Source: Trichodelitschia bisporula
Taxonomy: Eukaryota
Length of the DNA: 64,000 nt
Direction: 5' to 3'
Assembly (NCBI GenBank): GCA_010356995.1
Contig: ML996702.1
Coordinates: 124,001-188,000 of the forward strand
Within the stretch, counting starts at the first letter, position 1, and each line of letters starts with the position of its first letter. The notes under the pieces were generated by a model. That model had not been told where the DNA came from and did no database searches. It saw only the letters and a list, made by a program, of their open reading frames with translations. Of the stretch, positions 37,738 to 51,097 are shown piece after piece. The position numbers and the translations under genes are program-made.

Positions 37738-37970
37738 GGTGTAGACATGGAAGGAGCATTATTATGTCAGGAAGGTGCATGCTAGTTCCAAGGGACATGA
37801 TGTAATGAACGCATGAACGAAGAAAGGAACAAAGGAGGATACTTGGCATTGATAATTTCAGTCTCGAGAGCCTCTTCCTCTCTTCCTCTCTTCCGCTCTT
37901 CGTCATCTGCTTCAATCTTCAGTGTGCACAGTTGCCGTTGCACGGGTTTGAGCCTTTGATCCCATCACCC
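37738..37970 (+). repeat. Dispersed repeat family, copy g (longest)
   Basis: ggtgtagacatggaaggagcattattatgtcaggaaggtgcat..ggaacaaaggaggatacttggcat..gatcccatcaccc. Confidence 0.85.
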
Positions 37971-38778
37971 TCGTTATTATTGTGCTCCCTCGAACGTTGC
38001 GAACGTGGCTGCCGATGGACCATTTAAATCGATGATCGCCGGATTACGTGGACTTGTCTAGGGCTGCCGCTGCGCTGATGCCAACGTGCCTCGGCGCCAC
38101 CCACCCCATCTTCAGTGAGCGCTGCGGCTCCGCGACGCAACTGCTGCTTAGATGACGACAGCTAATGTGCATTGAACTGTCTGTTCCTGACTCTGCTGGT
38201 TCTGCAGTGTTTGCTATGTGTTGTTGCTTTGCGGTTGCCGACTTCTGTACCGACGGGACACCGACATGTCATCCGTACCCGGACTGCGACCGAAAGCTTT
38301 GATCCCCCAGACCCTTCTTTCTCTCCCAGAAATCGGACATGGGCACGCACGCAAGGATCCCGCACGCGCCATCCACGAGGACCACCACGCGATCCGTGGC
38401 TCATAATCGCTGGTCACCTGTAACAACATGAACGGGTTGTGTCAAGTTGGTTGCCCATATCGCGGCGACAGTGGGTTCGGGGAATTAAAAGATGTCGTCG
38501 CCGCATTGCCACATTCGACATCGATCCAACCCCAATGGCAAGGGCCTCAGGACGGACACTAGCCCGCTGAGGGAGAAGCGCAGCTCAACTGACCACTCAT
38601 GGCTTGACATTCGCGTCGCGGAGTGCGCCACAGCGTCATGGGCCTCCGCTTCCATCTTTTCCAAGATGCGCTCCCGCCTTTGGAGGCGCTTGAAGGCTTG
38701 AAGGGGTCACGACCGTGAGAGCAAAGGCTTTTCTTTGGTGAGCCTTGAGAAAGCCCGCAGAAAACAACAAACCCTCCA

Positions 38779-38816
38779 ACCCACCGACCCACCGACCCAC
38801 CGACCCACCGACCCAT
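38779..38816 (+). repeat. (ACCCACCG)n octamer repeat upstream of the histidine kinase
   Basis: 4-5 tandem units. Confidence 0.85.
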
Positions 38817-39241
38817 AACCCATCACCCTCTCCAAGTCGATCTGCTGTAACTGTACTTACATCTTTGACATACTTTTCGCTTTGCCCCTTCCACCTGTCC
38901 GTCCCCTACACAGTAGTACCTCCTGTTGTACATCCGTACACACACCTGTGAACCTGCGCCACAAAGTCCAACACCTGGCACTCGGGAAAAGAAAACACAC
39001 AACGCAAAACAGACCATCGGCCAGGCCCCATTCCTGATGCTGACGGTCATTGTTTGAGATTCTCGCTATCTCAGCCTATCCTAATGTGTCACCAACGCCT
39101 CCCGGCAGCCCGCTCCCGACAGACCACCACCCCCTCTCCGCAACATACAGAGCCTCCCCGCCCTCCGCGTCTTCAACATCACCGTTGTTGCCGTCGCTCC
39201 TCAACGGCACACCATCGTGTCTCGGTGGCCCATCCAGAACC

Positions 39242-42200
39242 ATGACCTGCCTCGACCCACCCAACATAAGCGTCTCAGAGCGCGCGCGGAAGCGTGAAAT
39301 CTCCAGGTAAGATGAAACGTCACCGACCGCCAGCGTTCCCCCTCCTAACCGTCCCTGCCAGCTACCTCTCCGCAGCTTGTATTCCATCAGATGTGGGACT
39401 TCCCCAGAGTCCGGCGAGGCTCTCCAAAGATCCCATCCTGACGGCGCTGGTGCAACTCGGCGCTCAGAGACTCGACGTCGACCGCGCGTTCTTCTCGCTC
39501 ATCGATGGCCAGCACCAGTATATTGTGGCCGAGGCCACGCGGTCCCACGCCCTCGCTAAAGCTGGCCACTGTACGCCCGGCGACGAGATCTACCTCGGTG
39601 TCTCCAAGCTCGATATCACGTTCGGTGTGTGTCCACGCACCATCGCCACCTTCACGGACGAGACGGGCACGCAGGTGATCCGCAGCCCCAATGTCATCGG
39701 AGAAAAGGACCGCTACATCATCAAGGACTTTGTCGCTGACCCGCATTATCGCCAATGTCCCTACGTGACTGGCTTCCCTTACATGCGCTCCTACGCCGAG
39801 GTCCCTATCACGTCGCCGCTCGGATATGTTCTTGGCAGCTATTGCGTCGTACATAACGAGGTGCGCGACTTTGACAACGATGCGACGATCTTCATCCTCC
39901 GCGAGATTTCCCAGACGATCATGGAGCACCTTGATCTAGTGCGGATCAAGCAGAACCGCCTCCGCTCCGAGCAGTTGATCAAGGGCCTGAACGTCTTTGT
40001 CAGGCAAGGCTCGCAGCACGACCCCGACGCCGAAGTCATCGAAGTCCCCGACGCCAGCGGCGATAGCAGCTGCGAGAGCAGCTCTTCAATCAAAGCCGCC
40101 CTATCCTCCCCCTCGCCCTCCCTCGCACCATCCCTCTCCACCCCCTCCACCAGCATCGCCTCCAGCAACGACTCAACCCTCGCAACAAGCGCAACCCCTC
40201 TGGAATCCAACCCGTTCGACTCCGCCCTCCCAGACCCAAACACCAGTACCCTCTCCCCCTCCCTCTCCCCGAGTTGCGGCACCCCCTGTCCCAACGACCG
40301 CCCCTCCGCCGTATCCAGCGACGTCACGCGCGCCTTCACCCGCGCCGCCGCCCTAATCCGTGAGACCATGGGCATGGACGGGCTGGTTTTCCTCGACGCG
40401 TGTTCTAACGGCTTCGACCGCACACCATCACCAGGTTACAGCGCGAACCCCCTCGCGCGCCGAGGGTCGCTCGTTCCCTCCCCAGTACCCTTCGCCCCGT
40501 CTCTCCACCCCAACGTCGGCCCCGGCAACGCTGACTGCTCGCATTGCGGCCCGGGCATCCCGGAGGCACTGCTCTTGCGGCTGATCCGTGCCTTCCCACA
40601 AGGACACATCTTCTCCGCCGACGAATGGGGCCACATCGACGAAGCCTCCGTAGCAGGCCGGCGGACTGCCAGCAGCGGTGCCGACGTCGCCGAGCTATTC
40701 ACCTTCCTGCCCGGCGCGCGGTCGGTCATTTTCCTGCCTTTGTGGCACTTCCAGCGCGAATCCTGGTTCGCAGCGACGCTGGGCTGGGTCACCAGCCCAA
40801 CGCGTGCGTTCGACCCGGCTGACCTCACCTTCCTGGCTGCGTTTGGGAACAGTGTCATGGCGGAGGTGAGCCGGTTCGAGGCGCTGGAGGTCAGTCGCGC
40901 GAAGAGCGATTTCATCAGTAGTGTGAGCCATGAGTTACGCTCGCCGTTGCATGGAATCCTGGCCTCCGCGGAGTTGTTCAAGGAAGCGACGCAGGACCCG
41001 ACCCTGGTGAGCATGATCGAAATGATTGAGAGCTGTGGGAAGACGCTGCTGGACACGTTCAACAACCTGCTCGACTTCGCCAAGATAAATAATCTGACGA
41101 AAATGGCCCCGGCGGCACAGGAGTCAGGCCAACCGGCCCCCACGCAAGCGACAGAGACGGACCTCGCGGTGCTGGTGCAGGACGTGGTGGAGACAATGCA
41201 CATGGGCCATCTCTCCAAGCTCGCGGTGCAAGACGACCTCAGCCCCCTGGGGCACTTCACGCCCACGCCGCAAACGCGCCCCACGCTGCGCGACCCCGTC
41301 ATCGTGACCATCGCCATCGAACCGCGGCCCAGCTGGAACCGAGTGCTGGACATCGGGGCCTGGAAACGGATAGTTATGAACGTGTTCGGCAACGCGCTCA
41401 AGTACACCAAGGCAGGGCACATCGAGGTCGGGCTCACGATCGCGCTTAACCCGGACCGCATTGTGTTCTCTGTCCGCGACTCCGGGATCGGGATGAGTCC
41501 GGATTATCTGAAGTACCAGCTGTTCACGCCGTTTGCGCAGGAGAACCACCTCAGTCCCGGCACCGGGCTGGGCCTGTCTATTGTCAAGCAGCTGGTCAAG
41601 AGCCTGGGCGGCGACCTCGATGTGACCAGCCAACTCGGCCGTGGAACGACGGTGCGCATCTCCGTACCCCTCCACCCCCAGGGGCAGCCCACCTTCTCCC
41701 TCACCCTCCCCCCGAAATCTCCGCCTTCACCCCACCCCCTCTCCACCCTCCGCGCCTGCTACCTCCCCCCCTCCTTCCTCGCCGCCGACGTCAGCACCAC
41801 CACCCTAACCCGCGCCCGGACCGTCCAGATCGCGCTCTCGTCCATCCTAACCGGCAATCTCGGCATGTCTTTCGCGCTCGCATCCGCCTCCAGCCTCCCG
41901 GCCGCGGACGTGTACTTCCTGGACAGCGCCCTCCTCCCCCACGCCCAAGCCGCAGACATCGCATCTCTGGTCGCCGGCAGACTCGGTCAGCGCGTCCCCA
42001 TCGTGGCTCTCGCGTGGGCGGAGACCAAGCGCCCCGGCGAGGGCGTCGTGTGGTGCCGGCACCCGCTGGGGCCGAAGAAAGTGGCGCAAGCAGTGGTCGC
42101 CGCAATGGCAGCAGCTGTAGAGGAGGCACAGCCGCAGAAGCCTGTCCGGCATGTTCCCGGCTCCTTCCCTCCACCCGAGCCTGCCGCGGTCACCGTCCCT

Positions 42201-42911
42201 GAGACGTCAGGCTCGATCCTCGAGTCGTTGGGGTTGATAACCGATGCCGCGAGGGGCATCGCCGAGGCCGCGAAGTCGATAACACGCATCACGGACTCGG
42301 TGGCTGGGATGCTGGGCGGGCTAAGGCTGGTGCCGAAGGGCTCGTTCAAGCTGCGACCGAAGGTCCCTGCGAAGCCTAGCCTCCTCTCCTCGCACTCTCA
42401 CAGCATGTCTGCGCCCGCCGCCGTCCTGCCTGCCACCACCACCGCGGCCGCCCTTCTTCCAACCACCACCCTATCCACCCCCACCCCCCCCGCGACTGCG
42501 CCGGGAAAGCCGCACCTCCTCCTCGTCGACGACAACCCCCTCAACCTGCGCATCCTAGCCACTCTCTCTCTCCGCCTAAACTGCACGTACACCACCTGCG
42601 CAAACGGGCTCGCGGCCCTCACATCCTTCAAATCCACGCAAACCACGCCCACGCCCTATACGCTCGTGTTCATGGATATCAGCATGCCGGTTATGGATGG
42701 TTTTGCGGCGACGAGGGCGATGCGGGAGTGGGAGAGGGAGTGGGGGCTGAAGCCTGTGCGGATAGTGGCGCTGACGGGGTTGGGGTCCGAGGGGGATAGG
42801 GAAGAGGCGTTCCGCGCAGGGTGTGAGGAGTTTCTTGTGAAGCCGGTGTCCGTGGGGGAAGTGCGGAGGTGTTTGGGTGTTGGGGTGGGAGGGGAGGCGG
42901 TAGCGGTGTAG
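39242..42911 (+). CDS. Hybrid sensor histidine kinase (GAF-like, HisKA, HATPase, receiver)
   Basis: ATG 39242; intron 39307-39361. H-box SHELRSPLHG, N-box GNALKYT, DSGIG, GTGLG; receiver VDDN..FMDISMP..KP. Confidence 0.93.
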
Positions 42912-43407
42912 GAATGGATGTGGGATGTAGGATAGAGGGTGTACGATTGATGTTTGTTTTGGGTTTGATGCATAGCGACGGCGTTGGTTGGGGTTATGGC
43001 TGGCGTGTAGTGTTTGGAATGGATGTTTGGTTTTGGTTTACTGGCATGGGGTGGTGGGATACGGCATGGCTTCGCATTAGCACGGCGCAGGGCATTATGA
43101 CGGTGGGATTTGTAGACGATGTAGGAATCTACTGTACCAATGCCTAGCATTTAGACTCAACCCCAATACACTACCCGTACCCACAGTGCACCGCTACGAC
43201 GCCGCAATGTTGGTTCCTCGGACGTTGGGCAGACGGGTGATATATCGCGATGTAGCATCAGAACAGGCGTACCGCATTACATCATTGTCATATTCGTAGA
43301 CAATCACAGCAAATCTACAATACCAACGCCTAGCATGCAAAACAATCCACCCATACCCACACACATACCAATCAGCCGAAACCCACCACCATTAGTGCAG
43401 CATCGCA

Positions 43408-46400
43408 CTACCACGCCGCAAGCTGATCAAACCTCGACACTTCCTTCCCCGCATCCTCAACATCCTTCTTCGCCTTCATCCGCATATAAAAAATCGGACA
43501 ATCCCTACTCGAGCAAATCACATTATTATGCATACTCCCCTGGCATCTCTGGCACTGCGTCCACAGTCTCGCAAACCGCACTTCCAGCTCCGAACACTTC
43601 CCCAAGCTCTTCTGATAAAGCTCCCCTGTGCGCGGCCGGCAGTCCTCGCACACCGCGCCCGCGCCCCCCGCCGCAGCGGGCATCGGCCGCTTGCACCCGA
43701 GACACGTGGCTGTCTTTTTGGCGAACTTCATCAGACCGCCCATACTCGGCGCGGCCACCGCAATCGTGCGCGTATGTTCGCCCGTAAGCAGCGCCGCCGC
43801 GCGCTTCTCCCCCAGAATCGGTTCAAAGATGCGGGTCAGCGGCTTCGCGAGCTGGTTATCCAGGTAGTACTTGGTGTCAATCGGGATATTATGCTCGAGG
43901 ACATAAATCGGATCCTCGCTTTTCTCGTAATTCCTCGTCCCCGCCCCCTTGACCATGACGTAGGCGACGCGGTCACCCAGCGCGGGCGCGCTGCCGGCAT
44001 CGCGTTTCTTCATGCGCTCGGCGAGTTCGACGTGGGCTTGTTTGGCGGTGTAGCCTTCTTTGGTCAGGGCTTTGGTGATGACGAGGTTGGACATGTCGAC
44101 TTTGTTTTGCAGGAGGGAGGCGATGGTGTCTTTGACGAAGTCCTCGGCGCCGCTGACGTCGCGGTCGATGAGGAGCATGCGTAGCGCGGTTTCGATGACG
44201 GTTTGCACCAGGCGGCAGTTGTCGCGGCGGACGGTTTCGATGCCCTTGGAATCCATTTTGTCGTAGCTGGTCGGATTGGTCCAGTACAGCCCTGCATACC
44301 GCTTCTTGTTGATGAGCAGGTACGGGAAGTACACCTTTTCGAACTCGAGTTTGATGGGGGCGACGAATTTCGCGGACACGAAGTCTGCGGCTTCTTGCCC
44401 GAGTTTCATGGCGGCGGCGAGGTCCGCGACACCGAATTTGACCATCACGGAGTCCGTGTCGCCGTAGATGACTTGTGCGTCGTGGGAGTACCCGTTTGCG
44501 ATGGTGTACTTCGCTTCCACTTCCTCCTTCGTGCGCATGATCATTTGTCGCCCGTAGCTAGTGGTGGAACTCGCGATCTCGAGGCAGGGCAGCTTGCCGA
44601 CCGTAGCACCCGTGATACCGTACACCGAGTTGGCACTGATTTTCAGCGCCAGTTGACGACCGTTCAGGACTGCTTTCTTGAACGGGTCCGTTTCGACGGC
44701 TAGCTCGCGCTTGGCCTTCTTACGGGCACTCAACAGCTCCTCGAGAATCTGACTCAGGAGTCCCTTGCGGACTTTGGTGGTTGCGAACATGTCCCCGTTC
44801 GGCGTGACGATATAATCCTCATCCTTGACCATCCCGAGCTTCTCAACCGCCGTCTTGCTCAGCAGCGTGGTGTAGCACAAGTTATGCGCCTGAATAATAC
44901 TCGGATACAGCGACGCAAAATCCAGCGTCGCAACAGGAACATCATAATACCCACGGCGGGGCTCAATAACCGTCGCGCCCTCATACTGATCATCCGAGGC
45001 CTGCGTATGCAAGTTCGGAATAACCAGCTGCTGCTCGAGCGCCTTGCGAAACAACTGACTGATAAACTTGATCTGCTGGCCGCGGGTGAGGAGAAAGTTG
45101 AACGGGACGCCGGTGACACGGGCCATTTCCGTGTAATTGGCGAGGCAGGTTAGCTTGTCGAGGAGGCGCTGCGGGAGGAAGGCGTCTTTGAGACAGTACA
45201 CGGCGAGGCGGCGGCGGGTGTTGGGGTCGCCGTTGAAGAGCTCGGTGATCATGGTGTAGTGCACGTCTTCCTTTTGCTCCTTGAGGAAGTGCGCGCAGAC
45301 GGAGTTGAGCGTGTAGCTGCGGAGCTGGTGGTCGCGCTGGATGAGCTGTAGCAGGTCGAGCTGCAGCCGGCCGTTGGTGTTGGTTGCCTTGGACTCGCGG
45401 TTGCCCATTTGCTTGCTTGAGAAGTTGGAGTCTTTTGCGCGGGAGAGGAGGTTCTTCATGCGGGTGAAGTAGGGGAATTTATGGACCTTGAGGTGCTTCG
45501 CCCGGTCAAGGAGGTACGGGAAATCAAAATTTGAAGTATTGTAGCCGATAATGACGTCCGGGTCGACCTTTTCGACGAAATCCCTCCACGCCATGAGCAT
45601 CTGCTCCTCAGCCTTGTCGCGGTCGGCTGACGTGCAGCCACCGGCTATGGGGAACTCGAAGATCTGGGTGTTGACGATTAGAGCACACGTGTCGAGGCAG
45701 AAGACATTCCGCACAAAAGGTGTCGGCTCGCCGTAGCGGGTCACGACGCTGGCGATCTGGATGACGGGATCGTGCGTAGCCTCGGGGAAGATGCCCTTGC
45801 GGCCGGCACACTCGATGTCGAAGGAAAGGATGCGCAGGGGCGCCATCTTTGCCCACTCGCCCTCCGGCATGTGCGCGATGAGGTCCCTGTAGTGGCAGTA
45901 GGCCTCGATCTGGCAGTTTGACTGGCGTTCGTTCGGTGCCATCATGTGGTACTTGTTCGCGGGGACCTCGACCCAGGACATGCCGGTGATATGGCAGTCG
46001 ATCATGAAGCGCAAGACGAATTGGATGTTGTCAAAGGTCAGGAGCTTGTCCGACGGATCCGAGATCTTCCACATCTTCTTATAATTGGCCTCGCCATTCT
46101 CAATCATGTTCCGGACCTTGTTGATGTGCCGCGGATCGGTGACGGTGATCTTGATGAACGGATTCTTCTGGTTCCCCTGGAACCCGTACATGTTTTCACG
46201 CATGACCATGTCGACGGAGGCGATGACCGGCATGTTCTCCCCGAGCTTTGTCTCTAAGAAGTGCTTGAACCCAGGCAAATCGGCTTTACCGAAGTTCACG
46301 GGGGCATTGACGTAGAGATAGTGCAGGAAGCCGGTGACGTGCAAGAGAACGGAGTGGCCGGTCTGACCGGTTAGCTAGGCAATTGAAGCCGATGAGGACC

Positions 46401-46779
46401 GCACCTCAGTTACACCAAACAGTCGCACAGTGGTCTTGCCACCATGCAGCGTACCCTCCTCGCACTCGATCTGCTGGAAGCAGATGCTATCCTCGCCCTC
46501 ATTGAAGTCGTCGAGCGACGGCCGCGTCCACTGCTGATCGCGCTCCGAGTTGTTCTTACGGAGACCGCTGATATTCTGCGTCAGCTTCTCGAGCACCTCT
46601 TCCTCGAAGTGGCTCTTTGGTTGAGAGCCGGGCGGTGTAACGGCAGCGGTTTTGACTCCATTCGTAGGCACTTCAAGCTTGCGCTTTTTGGCGGAGTGGG
46701 GCGATCCAGCGACGGCAATGTTGGCAGTGCTCGTTGTTTCGGCGAGCACGCGTTTTACGGGCGCCTTGGTGCCCGACAT
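43408..46779 (-). CDS. POL3: DNA polymerase delta catalytic subunit
   Basis: FDIEC exonuclease motif, DFASLYPS, KISANSVYG, YGDTDS, C-terminal CysA/CysB. Intron 46363-46404. Confidence 0.98.
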
Positions 46780-46881
46780 GATTGACGATGTGGGGATTGG
46801 AAGTAAAGGAGCGTGTTGGGAGGTGTTGCAGGGCGAGGTTGATGGGCCGACGGAGGCGCGTGCAAGGCACGTAATCGAAGG

Positions 46882-46923
46882 ACGTGCCAACTTCGCGTTC
46901 TCGCGTCACCATGCGAAACGCGT
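46882..46923. promoter_or_regulatory. MCB-like cluster upstream of POL3
   Basis: CGCGTTCTCGCGT followed 11 nt later by ACGCGT. Confidence 0.7.
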
Positions 46924-47810
46924 TCACGTAATTGTGGATAATCACGTGATATGCTGCAGCATCAAATAGTTTGACGACCAACGTTTGAATTTTGCAGACA
47001 TCACTTCATAGAATCAGTTTTCCCTCACTTGCTGAGTACTGTATGGAGCCCGTTGCAGACGCCTTTGCTCCCGTTCATTATTCGGCACCTCTTACTCTGT
47101 ACCGGTTCTGTAGCCGCTCAACCTTCCTGTTCGATAAGGGGACACTGTTGCTGACATATCCCATCTGTTGAGCTTTGCCCCCGACTTGCATCGTCATTCA
47201 CATATGAATCGCCTTGCTACGGCCCTGGATGTAGACTCAAGCGTCGTCATAGGAAGGATTTCAGCTCGCACTGCTTACACTTGCAAGACGTGCAGGCAGT
47301 CGTCCGGATGATCCCCCTCCCCGGACATCGTCGGCTTCAATGAGCAACTTTGCGGCAGGTAAGCAGCAAGGTGTTTGAATTGTTCCAAGGACACCCGACC
47401 AGTATGTCCACGATTGAAGCCCACAGCCTGATCTTCAGACCCTGCCGGGATCACGAATCACGATGAACAAAGGAACCCTATTGCTTGCTAAGGCGAAAAT
47501 AACGCTTCTCCAACCGCAGTCATTGGCTCTCGGGCCCAATCCTCGCTAAATCCCCTCATGAACCGGTCCAAACTCTCTTGATGTTTATTTCGATTCGGGG
47601 TTGAGATGGGGCTACCATACCATGTGGTGGGTCCTCACGCTGTCTGCTCCCATATATCCGCGCTTTCCGCGAACTGCTTCATGCATCGACGATGGTCCGC
47701 GAAGCATATATCAATAAAGATGCTCTCCAAGATGCCGAACATAGCGGCCTGAATTATCTTTTCCTGGCGTTGAGCGTTTTAGCGATTCCTTTGTCCTTCT
47801 TTCCCCCAAA

Positions 47811-48218
47811 ATGTCGATGTATTTTCAACCCCACAAGGGCTACAAGCCCCTCGACCCCATCAGCTCGAACCCCTACGCGCCGCGCCGACCCTCCCATCAT
47901 CCCACAACCCTTTGGGAGCACCTCCGGATTTGGCACTACCGCTTCGAAGTCACTTTTGCAACCTCCCTCCTGGAGCCCTGGGAGAAGGTCTTCTTCTACG
48001 TCGTATTCTTCGGCATCTTCGTAGCGGCGATCATGGCTCTCTCCTGGATCCTCGGGGTCATCGGAGGACTTGCCGTGCGGATGGTTGCTGGTAACAGATT
48101 TACCATGGACTTCTCTAAGGGGGTTGCTCTGTCCACGAGCCAATGGGACCTCCACGACTTCCTCGTTTTGGTCGCTTTTTCTCTGGTTCATGGTCAGAAT
48201 GTGACACTAAGCGCATGA
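47811..48218 (+). CDS. Serine palmitoyltransferase small-subunit-like (DUF3317) membrane protein
   Basis: YRFEVTF..LLEPWEK.FF followed by a TM segment. Confidence 0.7.
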   Translation: MSMYFQPHKGYKPLDPISSNPYAPRRPSHHPTTLWEHLRIWHYRFEVTFATSLLEPWEKVFFYVVFFGIFVAAIMALSWILGVIGGLAVRMVAGNRFTMDFSKGVALSTSQWDLHDFLVLVAFSLVHGQNVTLSA

Positions 48219-49411
48219 AAAGCCGAAAGTATCATCAGCTCCCATGCCGTCAATTCCACTACTCTTCACGAGTCACACTCCAGCTTGACGCGCGATCCAC
48301 GCTCTCTGCCGCCTCGGCGCCAACCACACTGTTCCCCTGCATCTCTGCGCTGAAACTCCTGGCCGACGCAAATATTGCACACAAAGGTGATCCACGCTGC
48401 TCAGGGAGAGTAGTCCTGGTCGCTTCGGTGTGAAGCCGACTTCTGTGGTCTGGATGGCTGGGTTCTCTGCAGATGGTAACGGTGAGAGGGATGGCCGAGA
48501 GGGGCCGGGCGGTACTGCATCGGACAATTCGGCTCACTGGGACTGCCTGACCTTCACGGGCTATAAAGGCAGCTCCATGGACGGAAGGCAGCACAATCTG
48601 CGTGGCCCAGACGTTGAGGCATGAAACACATGTCAGCGGAGAAGACAGTAGTATTGTGGGGCCGGAAAGGCTTAGATGGTTGACGATCATAGACGCGTAC
48701 GTGTATGTCCAGACTTGATATCGTGCTACTGTTCTTCGGCTAGTTCTAGTGATTTCAATGCTCAGCCTCCTGCTGTCAGTGCTATCTGGCCAAAGGGTGT
48801 GTGAAGTTCCAGTTGCAGGGCTTAGAGCTGAAGCTAGACGGAGATCTCCCCGTCTTGGCCCCGTCTCTCTCGAATTCACGTCACCTTGTTTCATGGTCCG
48901 TTTTGTGTGGGGCCTGTTCATCGTGAGAGGTGGCCGTAGTTCTGGAGGTCTTGGCTGCGGATATGGCTTGCGCGTTTCAATCCAGCCACCCGAGATGGCG
49001 CTTGCAGGGGGCTGAAATGGCTGCCGATTGTTCCCGCAGCCCTATAATAGAAATAGGCAATGATTTTCTTCCCAGCTCAAAGCCCCAGACCAATCTGCGC
49101 CTCGTCACAGCCACAAGTAGCAGGTGAATTACGAACCGCTGTCGTCCAGTCGTCCAGCCCTCACTAATCGCCACCAGCTTCTCTCTCCCTCTTTCAACCA
49201 CCTCACCTCCTTCCCTCCCGTCACCCGTTTCTTCCCTCTTGAATGTCGCGCCTACACCATCGCTTTGAATGAGAGATTAGGACTTATAGTAGCTGCGCAC
49301 TCTCTTTGACCGTCGTTTGGCCCACCACTCGCTCCAGGGCCACACAGCAGCGCCAAACCTCGCCGCAATCCCTCACTCTTCACACTCGCTCTCCGATCCA
49401 CCACCGTCACT

Positions 49412-51097
49412 ATGGCGGCCAATAACTACTATGACCGGACAAACACCTTTACTCCTCACGAAACTCCGTCATACGACCTAGGCCAGCGCACAGAAGCCCC
49501 TCTGCCCCCGTTACCCTCGGGCTCATCAACAAAGGGCAATCACCCCTACGTCGACACTACGGTTCCCCAATCCTCCGGAATGGGCTCTCCCTTCGATGAC
49601 CGCGCCTACCCTGCGCAGGCGCAGGGGCCAGGCTACGGAAACGGTGGCTACGATGAATCTCCCTACAACCACGGTAACCAGAACGGCTCGGGATACTCGT
49701 CCAGCGACCCCTTCGCCGACCGCAACGCCATCCCACTCCAGTCTCAAAAACCGCTGCCAGAGGTACAAGGCCTTGACGACCCAGAGAACCAACCTCCCAA
49801 GCGGGGCAAGCGGCGGCGGGGGAAGCAACCTGTACCAAAGGGGCGCATAACGTGGGCGGTGTACTTCCTCAGCCTGGTGCAGTTTACCGTCTTCGTCGTC
49901 GAGATCATTAAGAACGGTAGGTCCTACGGTGTTTCTGTGTCCTGGACTAGTACTGACGGCTACTAGCTACTCTAACCGGCTCCCCAATCGAAATCCACCC
50001 CTCCTTCAACCCCATGATCGGCCCCTCGCCCTACGTCCTCATCAACCTAGGCGCCCGCTACACGCCCTGCATGCGCGAAATCCCCGTCACAATCGACGGC
50101 CACCCGGAAGCCCTGACCGCCGCTTCCCCGGCCATAAGCCACCCCTGCCCGAACACAACAACCGGCGAAGCAAAATGCACCCTCGCAACCCTCTGCGGCA
50201 ACGGCCTCAACCTCGACGCCAACAGCGACGGCATGCAGCCCCAGCCGAACCAGTGGTGGCGTTTCATAACGCCCATCTTTCTCCACGGCGGCATCATCCA
50301 CATCGGCTTCAACCTCCTGCTACAGCTCACGCTGGGCCGCGATATTGAGCGGCAAATCGGGCTTCTCCGCTTTGTGCTTGTGTATATGAGCGCCGGGATC
50401 TTCGGCTTCGTGTTCGGGGGTAACTTCGCGCCTAACGGGCTCCCGTCAATGGGCTGCTCGGGCAGCCTCTTCGGCATCCTAGCCATCGTCCTGCTCGACC
50501 TGCTGTACACGTGGCGTACCCGCCCGAACCCTATCCGGGATCTGTGCTTCGTGCTCCTGGACGTGGTTATCAGCTTTGTGCTAGGCCTACTACCGGGGTT
50601 GGATAACTTCAGCCACATTGGCGGGTTCATTGTAGGTTTGTTGCTGGGCATATGTATCCTGCACTCCCCCGACCCGCTGCGCCAGCGGATTGGCCTCGAC
50701 GAACCGCCCTACACCACCGTAGAAGAGGCGCAGAAAACGGGGGTGCAGAGCTTCGTGCGCCAGCCTATGGGATTTTTTAAGGGCCGGAAGCCGCTGTGGT
50801 GGGCTTGGTGGCTTGTGCGTGCGGGCGCGTTGCTGCTCGTGCTCATCTCTTTTATTCTCTTGCTTCGCAACTTTTATGTGTTTGAGAAGAAGTGCTCTTG
50901 GTGCAAGTACTTGAGCTGTTTGGTGAGTTTCCCCGATTTTGGAATGATGTTGGGAGGGATGCTGATGAGAATAGCCGATTAAAACGGGGAACACGAATTG
51001 GTGCGATGTCGGCAATCTGCAGTTCAAGAACGAGACTACGCCGACGAAGGTGCGGCGCGATGCGCTGTTGTGGGCACTTGGTGCGGCTGGGTTTTAG
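49412..51097 (+). CDS. Rhomboid family intramembrane protease
   Basis: FNPMIGPS, QWWRFITPIFLHGGIIH, GCSG (Ser), DNFSHIGG (His), CSWCKYLSC. Introns about 49917-49966 and 50923-50974. Confidence 0.92.

Noticed and set aside
22745..37915. Similar minus-strand ORFs (..SILLCSF..SCAHYIMSL..) at 22745, 24767, 33991 and 37400 as a small membrane-peptide family
   Set aside because: They are the antisense of the dispersed repeat. The frame differs between copies (LETK vs SRLK over the same bases) and starts and stops are not shared, so coding is unsupported; Ribo-seq would be decisive.
48310..48500. Possible degenerate fold-back
   Set aside because: Matches are short and explainable by C-rich/G-rich composition.
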